Shown here: positions 27,740 to 39,556 of the stretch, piece after piece
Layout of the letters: each line of letters opens with the position of its first letter
How positions within the stretch are numbered: the stretch's first letter is position 1
From: Octopus vulgaris
Lineage: Eukaryota
NCBI GenBank assembly: GCA_951406725.2
Contig: OX597815.1
Coordinates: forward strand, 81,902,001-81,966,000
Direction: 5' to 3'
Length of the DNA stretch: 64,000 bases
Position numbers and translations under genes: made by a program
The notes under the pieces: model-generated
What the model saw: only the letters and a program-made list of their open reading frames with translations
What the model was told of the DNA's origin: nothing
Databases searched by the model: none

Positions 27740-28140
27740 GCTGCCCCCTCGTTATCGAGTATGGCCATTGCGCGAAGCTTAATCAATGTTGTTATCGTGC
27801 AATGCCTGTGCAAGAAGATTTTTTTTTAAGTGAGGAAAGGCTGTGCACTGAGTCAATCCCACTCACTAAGCAACAATAGCCATAATCCGAAAAGAAGAAC
27901 AAGTCAACATCATCGGCAACCACTGAGCCGCAGATTTTATGTCGGAGTTATCCCAGTTACGTGAGTTACCTTCTCCTAGAAGGATGCCCTAACAAAGGCT
28001 AGGAGACCTTCACTCCCAATGGTTTAACTGCGCGATCAGGTATTCAGTCCGATTATTTCTATGACCCCGTGCATGATACAGCCTTAAGACGTTTATTGGA
28101 TGGCCATTGACTCTCAAGAGTTCCTCCGCCCTTTGACGGG
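27740..28140 (-). mobile_element. Short RTE-derived non-autonomous element (5'UTR-like part joined to RTE-like 3' end)
   Basis: Minus strand GCCTTTGTTAGGGCATCCTTCTAGGAGAAGGTAACTC resembles RTE 5' UTRs; end GCCATACTCGATAACGAGGGGGCAGC resembles RTE 3' tails. Confidence 0.5.
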
Positions 28141-28146
28141 TTTTGT

Positions 28147-28178
<32 letters not shown>

Positions 28179-28740
28179 AATACATATAGATACATATGTA
28201 TGTGTGAATATATGTATGCACGTATCTATGTATTTAAAAATGCACACACACACGTACACGCACTCACACATTCACACACGCGCGCACACACTTTCACACA
28301 CACACGCGGTGCTTCAGCACTGCCGCAGTCAAATGACTGAAACAAATAAAAGAATAAAAGAACAAAAGAATATATGCGTGTATCTGTGTATATATATGTA
28401 TATATAAAAGCAATTAAGATTCAAGTAACTTCCAATGAATTTACTTGAATGTGGTACTTAACTTAGATGCACCAGAAAAACTATATGGTGTTATCCATAC
28501 AGTAATGTGGGGTGATTATAAACGAGAAAGAAGCAACAAGAATGGATTGGTTTTTAGTACAATTGATTCATCTTCTCTTCGAAACTAATAAGTTTTTTAA
28601 AAATCTGTGATAAGACTGTGCATCATCATTAAGGAACTTTGGAAAACTGTTTACAACCTATATCTGCCTCTAATGGAACTATCTCCAATATTTCATGAGT
28701 ATAACCTCACCCACTAAGATGTCTAGAGAACTCAAATGTA

Positions 28741-28831
28741 TTTTAGCTGATGAGTACGGGACACTTTTATCTGTTGCAATTTTTGCAACTTGTAATAAAG
28801 CCTGTCTTTGTATGAAACAATTGTACTAAAA
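28741..28831 (+). ncRNA. Type I hammerhead ribozyme with long stem II, apparently intact
   Basis: TTTTAG-CTGATGA-[60-nt hairpin GTACGGGACA...GTTGCAATTTTTGCAAC...TGTCTTTGTAT]-GAAAC-AATT-GTA^-CTAAAA. Confidence 0.8.
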
Positions 28832-28859
28832 ACCAATCCATTCTTGTTGCTTCTTTCTC

Positions 28860-28893
<34 letters not shown>

Positions 28894-28950
28894 CATTTTG
28901 GGATTTGGTTTGCAAGATTCTCTATGTGTTTTCGTGTGTTGAAACATATT

Positions 28951-29148
28951 CTGTTGTGTCTGGGGAGAGTAATTTTCTTTTTGTGCCTTATAATTTAACA
29001 CACTCACCGGTAAAATTTCCACTTATTTCTTATTTTTCTTATTTTCATTTTTATTTTTATAAAAATAAGAAATAAGTGGAAATTTTACCGTTGAGTGTGT
29101 TAAATTATAAGGCACAAAAAGAAAAATTACTCTCCCCAGACACAACAG
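28951..29148. repeat. Fold-back inverted repeat, ~87-bp arms and 23-bp spacer
   Basis: 28951-29037 is the near-perfect reverse complement of 29061-29148. Confidence 0.92.
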
Positions 29149-29193
29149 TATATATATAACTATATATATATATATGAGTGTGTGTGTATGTGT

Positions 29194-29490
29194 GAAGGCG
29201 CATGGCTCAGTGGTTAAAGCATTGGGCTCACACTCATTAGGCAGGCATGTGTTGTGTTCTTGAGCAAGACACTTTAGTTCATGTTGCTCCAGTTTGTTCA
29301 TTTGTAGATATGAGTTGCGACGTCACTGGTGCTAAGCTGTATCGACCTTTGCCTTTCCCTTGGATAACATCGGTGGCATGGAGAGGAGAGGCTGGAATGC
29401 ATGGGAAACTACTGGTCTTCCATAAACAACCATGCCTCGGAGGGGAACTTTCTAGGCGAAATCCCATCGTTATTCATAACCGAAGGGGTT
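29194..29490 (+). mobile_element. tRNA-derived SINE family C
   Basis: GGCGCATGGCTCAGTGGTTAAAGC head, CTTGAGCAAGACACTT core; matches 13230-13552. Confidence 0.8.
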
Positions 29491-29907
29491 CTTTATATAT
29501 GCATATACAAAGCGTGCTCAGTGTTTTCACGTGCATACCACAACATTTTGCTCTAGCCTGAGCCAGTGTTGCAAGTGACAATAATTTTTTTATAGTGATT
29601 TACTATAAAGAAGAGAAGGCTTGCAACGTTACTTTGGTGTTGTCTCTGTTGACGATAGCCAGTTATTTAGAAATGCATACATTGCTCTCCCGGAAGAACC
29701 GTCGGTGTTTTCAACACCTATTGAATAACGCGAGAATTGTGTACATCGGCAATCAGCAGTGAATACCTTTGCACAGGTCAAATATGTCCCAAACATATTT
29801 GAATTAATCTAAATACGTATGTACGTGTATGTGTGTGGATGTGTGGTTGTATATACATGCACAACTCATATACTTTCTGAATGTGGCAAATTACTTATAT
29901 CTGTTTG

Positions 29908-29961
29908 GAGATACGATGCTAACGAGGGCAAAGAAGGTCCGAAACGTGTCAATAGCTGTCT
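29908..29961 (+). ncRNA. Degenerate type I hammerhead (G5A, damaged stem I)
   Basis: GAGA-TAC-GATG-CTAACGA-GGGC-AAAGAAG-GTCC-GAAAC-GT-GTC-AATAGC. Confidence 0.55.
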
Positions 29962-30662
29962 CTTGTTTCTGAAACAATCATCAGATTGGTGGCTTTTCTC
30001 CCTCCGAGCATGTTAATTCAGTCGTAAAAATTCTTAACTTCTTGAAATTATCTACGTTTCCCATTCAGCGTTGCAAACAAGTATCTTCCCGTTTATATTT
30101 TTATTCTATGTCTGCGAGGAAAATTGTAATAAATTAACTATTTGCTACATACAGCAGTTAGTACACTCTTGGGCAACTACACATACACACACGTGCACAC
30201 GCGCTCATGCATAGATACACTCATACATACATAATTACATACATACATATACACACATACATTCATACTTTCATACACGCATAGGCTTCGTTTGCATGCG
30301 TATACATTGGGCTGTAAAAATATATAGGCTGGCACACACACATACGCACACACATACATACACACACACGAAAATGTGTCTTAATAACAAATATTTCCTT
30401 ATATTCATATATAAATGAATATAATTCTCATAAATATTGTATATTTATGTAAAATTATACTTACTACTCCCAGACACGCACACACACACATATACACGCA
30501 CACATACACACACATGTGTGCGCGCACACACACACATACACACACATGCATGTGTATTTATATCTATATGGTGTATACACATTATACACATTCTTGTACG
30601 TGCATTGACGCGTAAACTTTTGCGCATATTCTCGAGAGTCGGTGCAGGATGCTGTTACAGAT

Positions 30663-30702
<40 letters not shown>

Positions 30703-30937
30703 GTGCACACGCGCTCACGCAAGTTATCAACCCAAACTACAAATATCGTCGCCGTCCCCACACCCATCTGCACATATATTTACACAAACATTTATATTCT
30801 AGCAACCTCACCGTCTATATCACTGCCTGGTATACGCACACACATACACCCATGGATTCACTCACAAGCACAAACATACATGTAACCACAATACACACAC
30901 AGACATAACAACATACACAAAGACATCTCTTCCCCCC

Positions 30938-31270
<333 letters not shown>

Positions 31271-31314
31271 CTCTCTTTATATATGTGTGTGAGTGTGTGT
31301 GTGTATCCATGTAA

Positions 31315-31360
<46 letters not shown>

Positions 31361-31417
31361 GTGTGTGTGTATGCAGATAGATACACACACGCACACACAT
31401 ATATATATTTGTACATG

Positions 31418-31448
<31 letters not shown>

Positions 31449-32007
31449 TTGTTTGTGAAAATATAATATTTCTATCTGTACATATATGTACGTATATATG
31501 TGTGTGTGTGTGTGTGTGTGTATTTGTGTGTGTATACACACACAACTCATAGACAGACAGACAAACAAACACGACGAACAAGCACCCGAAAGCATTCTAG
31601 CACTCACAGGAACCAAACCTCAAACCGCACTCCTCGCACCCACTCGCCCACTACTCAGCACCGACTTTCACCCCACTAAACAACACACACATATGTATGT
31701 TTGTGTATATAATATGTGTGTGTTGTGAGTAAAACAGTACACTGACGTTAAGGAATTCACGAGCAGCTGACGTGTAATGTCTGTTAACATATTTATGGTT
31801 AATAATTCACCAGTATAGTTTTACAGCAGCGAAATCACATACCCGATAATCACAAGATCCTGCATGAAAGCAGATTTGTTTCAGAGTTACGCTGGAGATA
31901 GCTTGCTGACTCTGTGTAAGTGTGTGTATGTGCGTGCATACAGTACACACACACATATATATATGTAAATGTATATGTGTCTGTGTACGTGTATGTATGT
32001 GTATGTG

Positions 32008-32093
<86 letters not shown>

Positions 32094-32104
32094 TGTATGT
32101 ATGT

Positions 32105-32235
<131 letters not shown>

Positions 32236-32236
32236 C

Positions 32237-32289
<53 letters not shown>

Positions 32290-32358
32290 GGAGTAAACAC
32301 ATAAATGTGAAACAAGGTGGAAAAAAGAGTACTCAAATACCAGGGGTAGAGTAATATG

Positions 32359-32399
32359 CTTTATTTAAAAGCAGCAGAAATTTCTGCTGCTTGTAAATA

Positions 32400-32402
<3 letters not shown>
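32359..32402. repeat. Zero-spacer palindrome with 22-bp arms (1 mismatch) ending a small inter-microsatellite element
   Basis: CTTTATTTAAAAGCAGCAGAAA|TTTCTGCTGCTTGTAAATAAAG. Confidence 0.9.
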
Positions 32403-32473
<71 letters not shown>

Positions 32474-32489
32474 ATATATATTCAGACGA

Positions 32490-32890
32490 AGGTGTGGTTA
32501 TGTGGTAAGAAGCTTGCTTTCCAACCACATAGTTCTGGGTTCAGTCCCATTGCTTGGCACCTTGAGCAAGTAACTTTTACTACAGCCTCGGGCCGACCGA
32601 AGTCTTATGAGTGGATTTGGTAGACGGAAGCTGAAAGAAGACCACCATATATGTATACATGTACGTGTGAGTGTCTTTGTGTATGTGTTTGTCCCTTAAC
32701 ACCGCTTGAGAACAGATGCTGGTGTACTTACTTCCCCACAACTTAGCGGCTCGTCATAAAGAGTCCGATAGAATAAGTACCAAGCTTTAAAAAAAATTAA
32801 GTACTGGGGTTGATACATTCGACTAAAATTTCTGCTAGGCAGTGCCCCAGTATGACCGCAGTCTAATGACTTAAGCTAGTAGAAGATGGA
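32490..32890 (+). mobile_element. Full-length SINE family B
   Basis: tRNA-like head (GTGGTTATGTGGTAAG, GGGTTCAGTCCC), core CACCTTGAGCAAG, tail GCAGTCTAATGAC. Confidence 0.85.
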
Positions 32891-33254
32891 ATGAAAGCGC
32901 CAGCCAGTGATGTATATAAATATAAACTTTTTACCAGTTCAAATATACTTGAAGCATATTCAGACCTATAAGAAAGCCATTCTCTGAATTTTGTCATGGA
33001 GAAATTTATTTTTTACAAAGAGAAATTGTATCCAATTTAGAGTAAATTGTTCTCTCTTGTAGAAAGAAAATGTATTGTTAAAAACCCACCTAGACCCGCG
33101 TCTCCAATGCAAGAAATTATGAGTGGCCCAAATCTTTATACTGTGTACATTAAATGATATTTATCTTCCATTGGACGGAGTATATTTTGTTTTTGTTCAA
33201 TCATACGCTTTCTCTCCCTCTCTCCTCCTCCTCCTCATCCTCTCTCCCTCTATA

Positions 33255-33439
33255 CATAAGGAGAGTTTACAAAAAAACAAACAAAAGACGAAGACAGGTG
33301 GTGTACAAAACAAACATGTATTAGTATAACGCTCAGGAATAGAAAAAGTATTTTACATTTCGAGCCTACGCTCTTCTACAGTAAGGGACAGAGAAAAAAC
33401 AAGGAGAGAAAAAAAAATGTGTGTAGTGGCTAACGATCT

Positions 33440-33480
<41 letters not shown>

Positions 33481-33640
33481 GGAGAATTCACAAAAAACAA
33501 AAGTCGAAGACAGGTGGTGTCGAAAATTAGTATAACGCTCGGGAGTTGAAAAAGTCTTTGTTTCGAGCCTACGCTCTTCCACAGAAAGAAACACTGAAAG
33601 AAACAAGGAGAGAAAAATGTTTGTGGCTAGCGATCTATCA
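33255..33640 (-). mobile_element. Two tandem Penelope-like P1 units separated by (TA)n, each with an A6U HHR-like motif (33350-33385, 33554-33588)
   Basis: GAAGACAGGTGGTGT...TTAGTATAACGCTC...TTTCGAGCCTACGCTCTTC repeated twice. Confidence 0.7.
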
Positions 33641-33843
33641 ATATATATTGGAATAGTTAGTATACATATATATATATATATGTGAGTGTGTGTGATTGTG
33701 TATACACACACACACACATATATATACATATATATATATACACACATATATACATATAAATATACATAAATATATATACATACATATGTATATGTACATA
33801 TATTTCTTCCATATTTTTAAGATGCCATGGACAAACAGGTTTT

Positions 33844-33906
33844 TGGGATCTGACGATACGCCATAAAGCTAAATCCTTTATGGACGGGAAACCTAAGGTA
33901 ATCCCA
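33844..33906 (+). ncRNA. Type I hammerhead ribozyme, apparently intact
   Basis: TGGGAT-CTGACGA-TACG-CCATAAAG-CTAAATC-CTTTATGG-ACGG-GAAAC-CTAAG-GTA^-ATCCCA. Confidence 0.8.
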
Positions 33907-33930
33907 TAAACTGGCTTCTCTCATCATCAT

Positions 33931-33973
<43 letters not shown>

Positions 33974-33975
<2 letters not shown>

Positions 33976-34151
33976 ACAAATTCCTCCAGGATATACCGGA
34001 TAAACCACTTAGACCTGGATAAGTCTCAGCCAATAAGAACTCTCTGCTTCAGTGGTCCATGGTATCCCGAAATAACTAATTAAAAGACTTTTCTACATGA
34101 AGCTATCTAGTTAGTCATGGCTTGGACCGATAACGGCCGAAACCAATCTAA

Positions 34152-34152
<1 letters not shown>
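33974..34152 (+). mobile_element. CR1/L2-group LINE 3' end relic
   Basis: DKFLQDIPDKPLRPG*VSANKNSLLQW resembles the LDKFL.xIPDxP...NSL C-terminus; terminal stem-loop followed by GAAAC. Confidence 0.6.
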
Positions 34153-34211
<59 letters not shown>

Positions 34212-34789
34212 AATAAAATAGAACATATGCGTATATATAAACATATATGTACGTACCTACCTCTACATGTACATATACACGCATATATGTGTACAGGACA
34301 CCAAAAAGACGTCGAACACATAGAGAGACGAAAAACATAGACACAAACCAAGGAACAGGACAATATATATATATATATATATATGTGTGTATAAAACTTA
34401 ATATATGTTTTATTTACTATTTTGCACATTACTTAATTATGTTTTATCTTATATTTAATCTTTCTATAATATGTTATTTTTCTAAACAGTATAATTTAAT
34501 TTTTCATTATTGAATTGATAAAAGGTGGGGTTTTTTTTGTAATTTATATATATATATGTTATATTTTGTGAAATTTGATTTAGTATTTCTAAATTGAATT
34601 TTTCCCTGTAAGTTTGGAATAATATTCTCTCATATTATATATATATATATTTATGTATAGACACATATGTACATAAATACATGCATGAAAGAGACCTCTA
34701 AATGGTAGCCAGACCTGGTAGAAACAACAGGCAGATCTCCCTCAAATCACACCTTACTGTCTTATGTATGTATATATGTAGCTTTTAGG

Positions 34790-35196
34790 CTTTTTGCATT
34801 TGGTGACTGTTGCTTTAAGTTAGATAATCGTATTGAGCTCTCTACGTATAGAGGGAGGAGGACAGAGAAAGAGACAGAGAGAGGTAAGAAGACAGGCAGC
34901 ATAGCGACGGTTTTGGCTGACTGACATCCTTGTTGCCAGCGAAATGGTATGTGCCGGCTGTCTGAGCAACTCGTTGCTTTTAATGAACAGGATGGCGGAA
35001 AAAAACAGGACAAAAAGATTTCAAAAAATAGCGATTCTCACTTTGAAACTGACAATTTTGAAAATCTTTTTAGGTTACAGGACGCCCCGCTTTTTTATGT
35101 ATCCATGTTTAAAATTTCAGCGCAATCGGATGAACAATATTCGAGTCATAAGCGCATAAGCGCACAAACAGACAGAACAGGATTTATATATTAGAT
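34790..35196 (+). mobile_element. Helentron/HINE-like non-autonomous element, 3' portion
   Basis: AAATTTCAGCGCAATCGG...ACAAACAGACAG...TTTATATATTAGAT terminus typical of DINE-1/Lep1-type elements. Confidence 0.55.
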
Positions 35197-35205
35197 ATAT
35201 ATATA

Positions 35206-35450
35206 TTGGGTTGGTGCATAATTATTGCGGCTATGTTTTTTTTTCAACAAATTTTATTCAACCGAAACAATAACAATATTTAACAAAAACATCTTTAAAT
35301 GACCGTCTGCCAAGCAAATGGGAAGCAGTAATTGAAGTAGATGGTGAATATGCTCCGGATTAATCATTTGAAGATGTTTTTGTTACACGTTGTTATTGTT
35401 TTTGTTGAATAAAATTTGTTGAAAAAAAGCCGCAATAATTATGCACCAAC

Positions 35451-35454
<4 letters not shown>
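35206..35454. mobile_element. Mariner-derived MITE (249 bp) in a TA site
   Basis: TIRs TTGGGTTGGTGCATAATTATTGCGGC with ~90 bp of extended imperfect IR; similar to the Hsmar1/MADE1 TIR TTAGGTTGGTGCAAAAGTAATTGCGG. Confidence 0.88.
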
Positions 35455-35498
<44 letters not shown>

Positions 35499-35502
<4 letters not shown>

Positions 35503-36163
35503 CGCCATACTAATATGGCATTCTTATAAAAATAAGAATAAAGCTGTCCGCTTATTAGCTCCATGAGGCCATCACCTTAAGTTAGCTATTTGATACACAA
35601 ACTGTATCCATATAACCTTCGATGGTTATATGGATACAGTTTGTGTATCAAATAGCTAACTTAAGGCGATGGCCTCATGGAGCTAATAAGCGGACAGCTT
35701 TATTCTTATTTTTATAAGAATGCCATATTAGTATGGCGATAACTATTATTTTCCGGGAACGCTGCCGTTGTTCTCTTTTAGAGAGACTTAGTAATTTTAA
35801 TATTTCTATTATTGAAAACAAGTGGATGTATTCCACCGAAGCTAGGTAAATAAAACCTTCGAACAGAGATTGTCAGAAGCGACACCTACTGGTCTGGCTA
35901 CGCTGCATTGAAAAGGGGCAATACCCCGAAACGCGTCTGCAGCTGCCGGTCAAGTAGTGTGGAGCGACTGACCTCCCTTGTTCGAAGGTTATATGGATAC
36001 AGTTTGTGTATCAAATAGCTAACTTAAGGCGATGGCCTCATGGAGCTAATAAGCGGACAGCTTTATTCTTATTTTTATAAGAATGCCATATTAGTATGGC
36101 GATAACTATTATTTTCCGGGAACGCTGCCGTTGTTCTCTTTTAGAGAGACTTAGTAATTTTAA

Positions 36164-36172
<9 letters not shown>
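35499..36172 (+). mobile_element. Non-autonomous Penelope/retrozyme-like element: 5' inverted arm plus 1.5 copies of a 363-bp HHR-containing unit
   Basis: 119-bp palindromic arms 35499-35617 and 35624-35742; 192-bp direct repeat 35618-35809 and 35981-36172; (TA)n on both sides. Confidence 0.85.
35902..35943 (+). ncRNA. Type I hammerhead ribozyme with compensatory U3:A8 core
   Basis: GCTGCA-TTGAAAA-GGGG-CAATA-CCCC-GAAAC-GC-GTC^-TGCAGC; stems I and II perfectly paired, stem III palindromic. Confidence 0.85.
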
Positions 36173-36228
<56 letters not shown>

Positions 36229-37097
36229 GTGTGTGCGCGTGTGTGTGTGCGTGCGTATGTGTGTATGTGTGTGTATGTGTGTGTATGTGTAGACACACAC
36301 TTGCGTATTTGTTCTTGCTTTCAAGAAGAGAGTATAAAAGTACTCAATACATTCTCCCGAGTGTACAATTTATAGAAACCGAATTCATTTTCTTACAACA
36401 CGTGTTGAAGCCATTCCGCTCTTCAGCCACACGATTCTTTAATGCAGGAGGTGAGGGAGGGGTGCAGGCCGTAGAGGCCAGTCTTTCTGTTGTAGATATT
36501 CGGAACTATGTTAGTATGAGTTTAATAATGAATCAGGGTTTCCTCCTCTCTTTTTCCTCGCTCGGGGTTGAAACCGGGGACTGTAAAACATGACCATGGC
36601 ACACAATCCTCATTTCAATGACTGAACTCAAAAAAAAAAAAGGAGGAACAACGGCAACAACAACAACAATAACAATAGCAGCAAGTGAAGCAGCAACAAC
36701 AGCAGCCGTTCAAGAATTTGGACCTGTAGACCTCCATTTCCAGCGACTTAGAGGGCCACCTCCCAGTGGTGTCGGGCGTCAACGAAGAGCCCTCGACTAC
36801 AACAAGACGACCAAAGTTTTTTTTTTCCAAGGTCTGGGGTCTCCCGCTCCTAAGCCCTAGACCATCACCATTACCCGTCTTGTTACTTAACAACAACAAC
36901 AACAGTAACAACAGCAAAAACTACTACTGTTGCTGCTGCTACTATTACCACTGCTGCTGCTACTGCTACAGCCACTACTAATACTACTGTTGCTGCTGCT
37001 GCTGCTACTGGTACTGCAATTACTACTGCTGCTGATACTATTACCACTAATACTGTTGCTACCACTACTGCTGTTATTACTATAATCATCACTGCTG

Positions 37098-37145
<48 letters not shown>

Positions 37146-38114
37146 AGTTATAGTTTTGGTAACAGCCCGTATGTTTGCAGGGAAGGGATAGAGTCTTTTG
37201 ATCTGAGCCGACCATATTACTGGTATCTGTTAATATCAACTCCACCGAGATGAATGCAAGCCAGTGTTGAAAACGTGGCTTTCATCTTTTTTTCCATATA
37301 TTTGAACCCGGAATGAAATGAGATGGAACTAAATTATATGCATTTAATCTGGTTTCAATTCCAATTCCGAAAAACTAAAAATTAAAATAATGATAATAGT
37401 AAAAAAAACTCAGTACTTTCACAGTACTTACAACTTAGAACCATTTAGATATTATAAACAGTTTAATAGAAAGAGTAAGATAATATAAAACATGTTGAGG
37501 CATTTGTGACGGGGCAACAATCTACATTTGCTTATTTGTCTATTGTTTAATGTAATAAAATTTAGTGTAGTTCACTAAGATAGGTTTAGTCTGTGTAGTG
37601 TAGTGTTGCAGTATATACAGTGTAATAAGTTGTAGCATTGAAGTAGTAATATATTGGTGCCGTTCGTGATTGTAGTCGGCACCAATATTTACTTGATATC
37701 ATTCGGCATAGACACTGTGTCTACAACAACGCAAGCTTATTTCAATATATCGATATTAACTGTTTGATCCTTTTCCTAAATTGAATGAGTCCCCACCGCT
37801 GAATGAGAGAATAAAAAAAAGAAGAAAAAAAGAAAGAAAAGGAAAAAGGTCGGGGTGGATGAATTCAATAACAACAAAGGATTTTTAAAACAAATGAAAA
37901 AAAAAAAAAAGAAACAACCTACTTATGATAAAGAAGGGTTTAATCATTTCAGGAAGTAAGGAAGACAATTCCAAATATGTTTCTATTTATATGTTAGGCT
38001 GTCTCTGTGGTTTTGATGTAATGGCAGAGCTGTATAGTATAAGGGATGCATTATATAATAAAAATGTGCAATATTATACTCGGGTAAGTATGAAAGGGAA
38101 CTAAGAAATTCTTT

Positions 38115-38278
38115 GTGTGGATAACAAGCTCACTTTGCAACCACGTGGCTTCAGGTTCAGTCCCACAGTGCACTACTTAGGGCAAGTGCTTTTTTTACTA
38201 CAATCTCACGCCGACCAAGGCTTTGTGAACGAATTTGACGGCCAGAAACTATATAGAAACCTGTTATATGTCTGTCTG

Positions 38279-38358
<80 letters not shown>

Positions 38359-38615
38359 GCTAGCTAGCTAGCTAGCTAGCTATTATGCATATATATTATA
38401 TATTATGTGTGTATGTGAGCGTGTGTATGTGTCTGTCTCCTACCACTGCTTGACAACCGGTATTGTTTTGTTTACGTCCTCGTAACTTACCAGTTCAGCA
38501 AAAGATATCGGGAGAATAAGTAACACACTTAAAATAAGTACTGGGGTCGATTTGATGGATCAAACTCTTCACGGCAGTGCTCCAGCATGGCAGCAATCAA
38601 GTGACTGAAGCAAGT
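38115..38615 (+). mobile_element. SINE family B with expanded internal (TCTA)n
   Basis: Family B head, core and tail GCTCCAGCATGGCAGCAATCAAGTGACTGAAGCAAG. Confidence 0.8.
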
Positions 38616-39556
38616 AAAAAAAAAAAAATATATAACAACACAAAATGTTTTGAAACCACCCGTTTTAATGTTTAACATTAAAACACAATATTGGACTTTT
38701 GCACTTTGATCATGGCTCTCTTCTACCACTTCTGACCTTGGGCTAAACAACAACGACACAACAGCAACAACGAAGACAACAACAACAACAACTACGGGTG
38801 GATAACGAGGGCGCCTCTAAGTAGTCACTCGATCAATCAGAAATAGCAACCAATTCGACCGTTTGCAGTGTAATGAAAAAAGCAAAATAAACAGGTTCTC
38901 ACTTTTGTTATTCACCAATATATGCCCCAAAATTGGGTTCAGATTTTGATACAAGGCCAGAAATTTTGAAGGGGAGGTTAAGTCGATCACATCGACCCCA
39001 GTGTAAGCTTGTTAGTCATGTTATCGGCCACGAAAGGAGGAAAGGCAAAGGTGACCTCAACAGGATTTGAACTCAAAACGTAAAAGTTTATACTCAAATA
39101 TTGATTTCAAATTTTGGCACAAGGCCAGCAATTCTGGGGAAGGGAGTAAGTCGATTACTTCCACCCCATTGCTCATCCCTCGAAGGATGAAATGCAAAGT
39201 TGACCTCAGCGGAATTTAAACTCAGAACGTAAAAGTTTATACTCAAACATAACGACCATCTCACACATCATTGTTTTGTCTTAATGTTTATAAATCGTTC
39301 ACATAATTATTAGTCGACATAAATGGTTCACATCATTCGCTCTTCAGATATTTCTTTCACATCCAAGAAAGATTACTCATTACTTAATTTCTGCTTAAAA
39401 TAGTTTGGTTTGAGGAATTAACAGATTTTCTCTGACCAGAAAGTGACAGCAGGAAACCTAGAGATCAAGTTGCATTGAATTCACAGCACTAATATGAAAT
39501 AAAAGTACACACAGCACGCGCGCGCGCACTAATGCATGTATGTATATATATGTAAG

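Noticed and set aside
29955-29990. Minus-strand CTGATGA...GAAAC
   Set aside because: Only 1-2 bp of stem II and no GUH cleavage triplet; arises from the palindrome TTGTTTCTGAAACAA.
34115-34152. Hairpin plus GAAAC resembling half a hammerhead
   Set aside because: No CUGANGA core; it is the terminal stem-loop of the CR1-like LINE relic.
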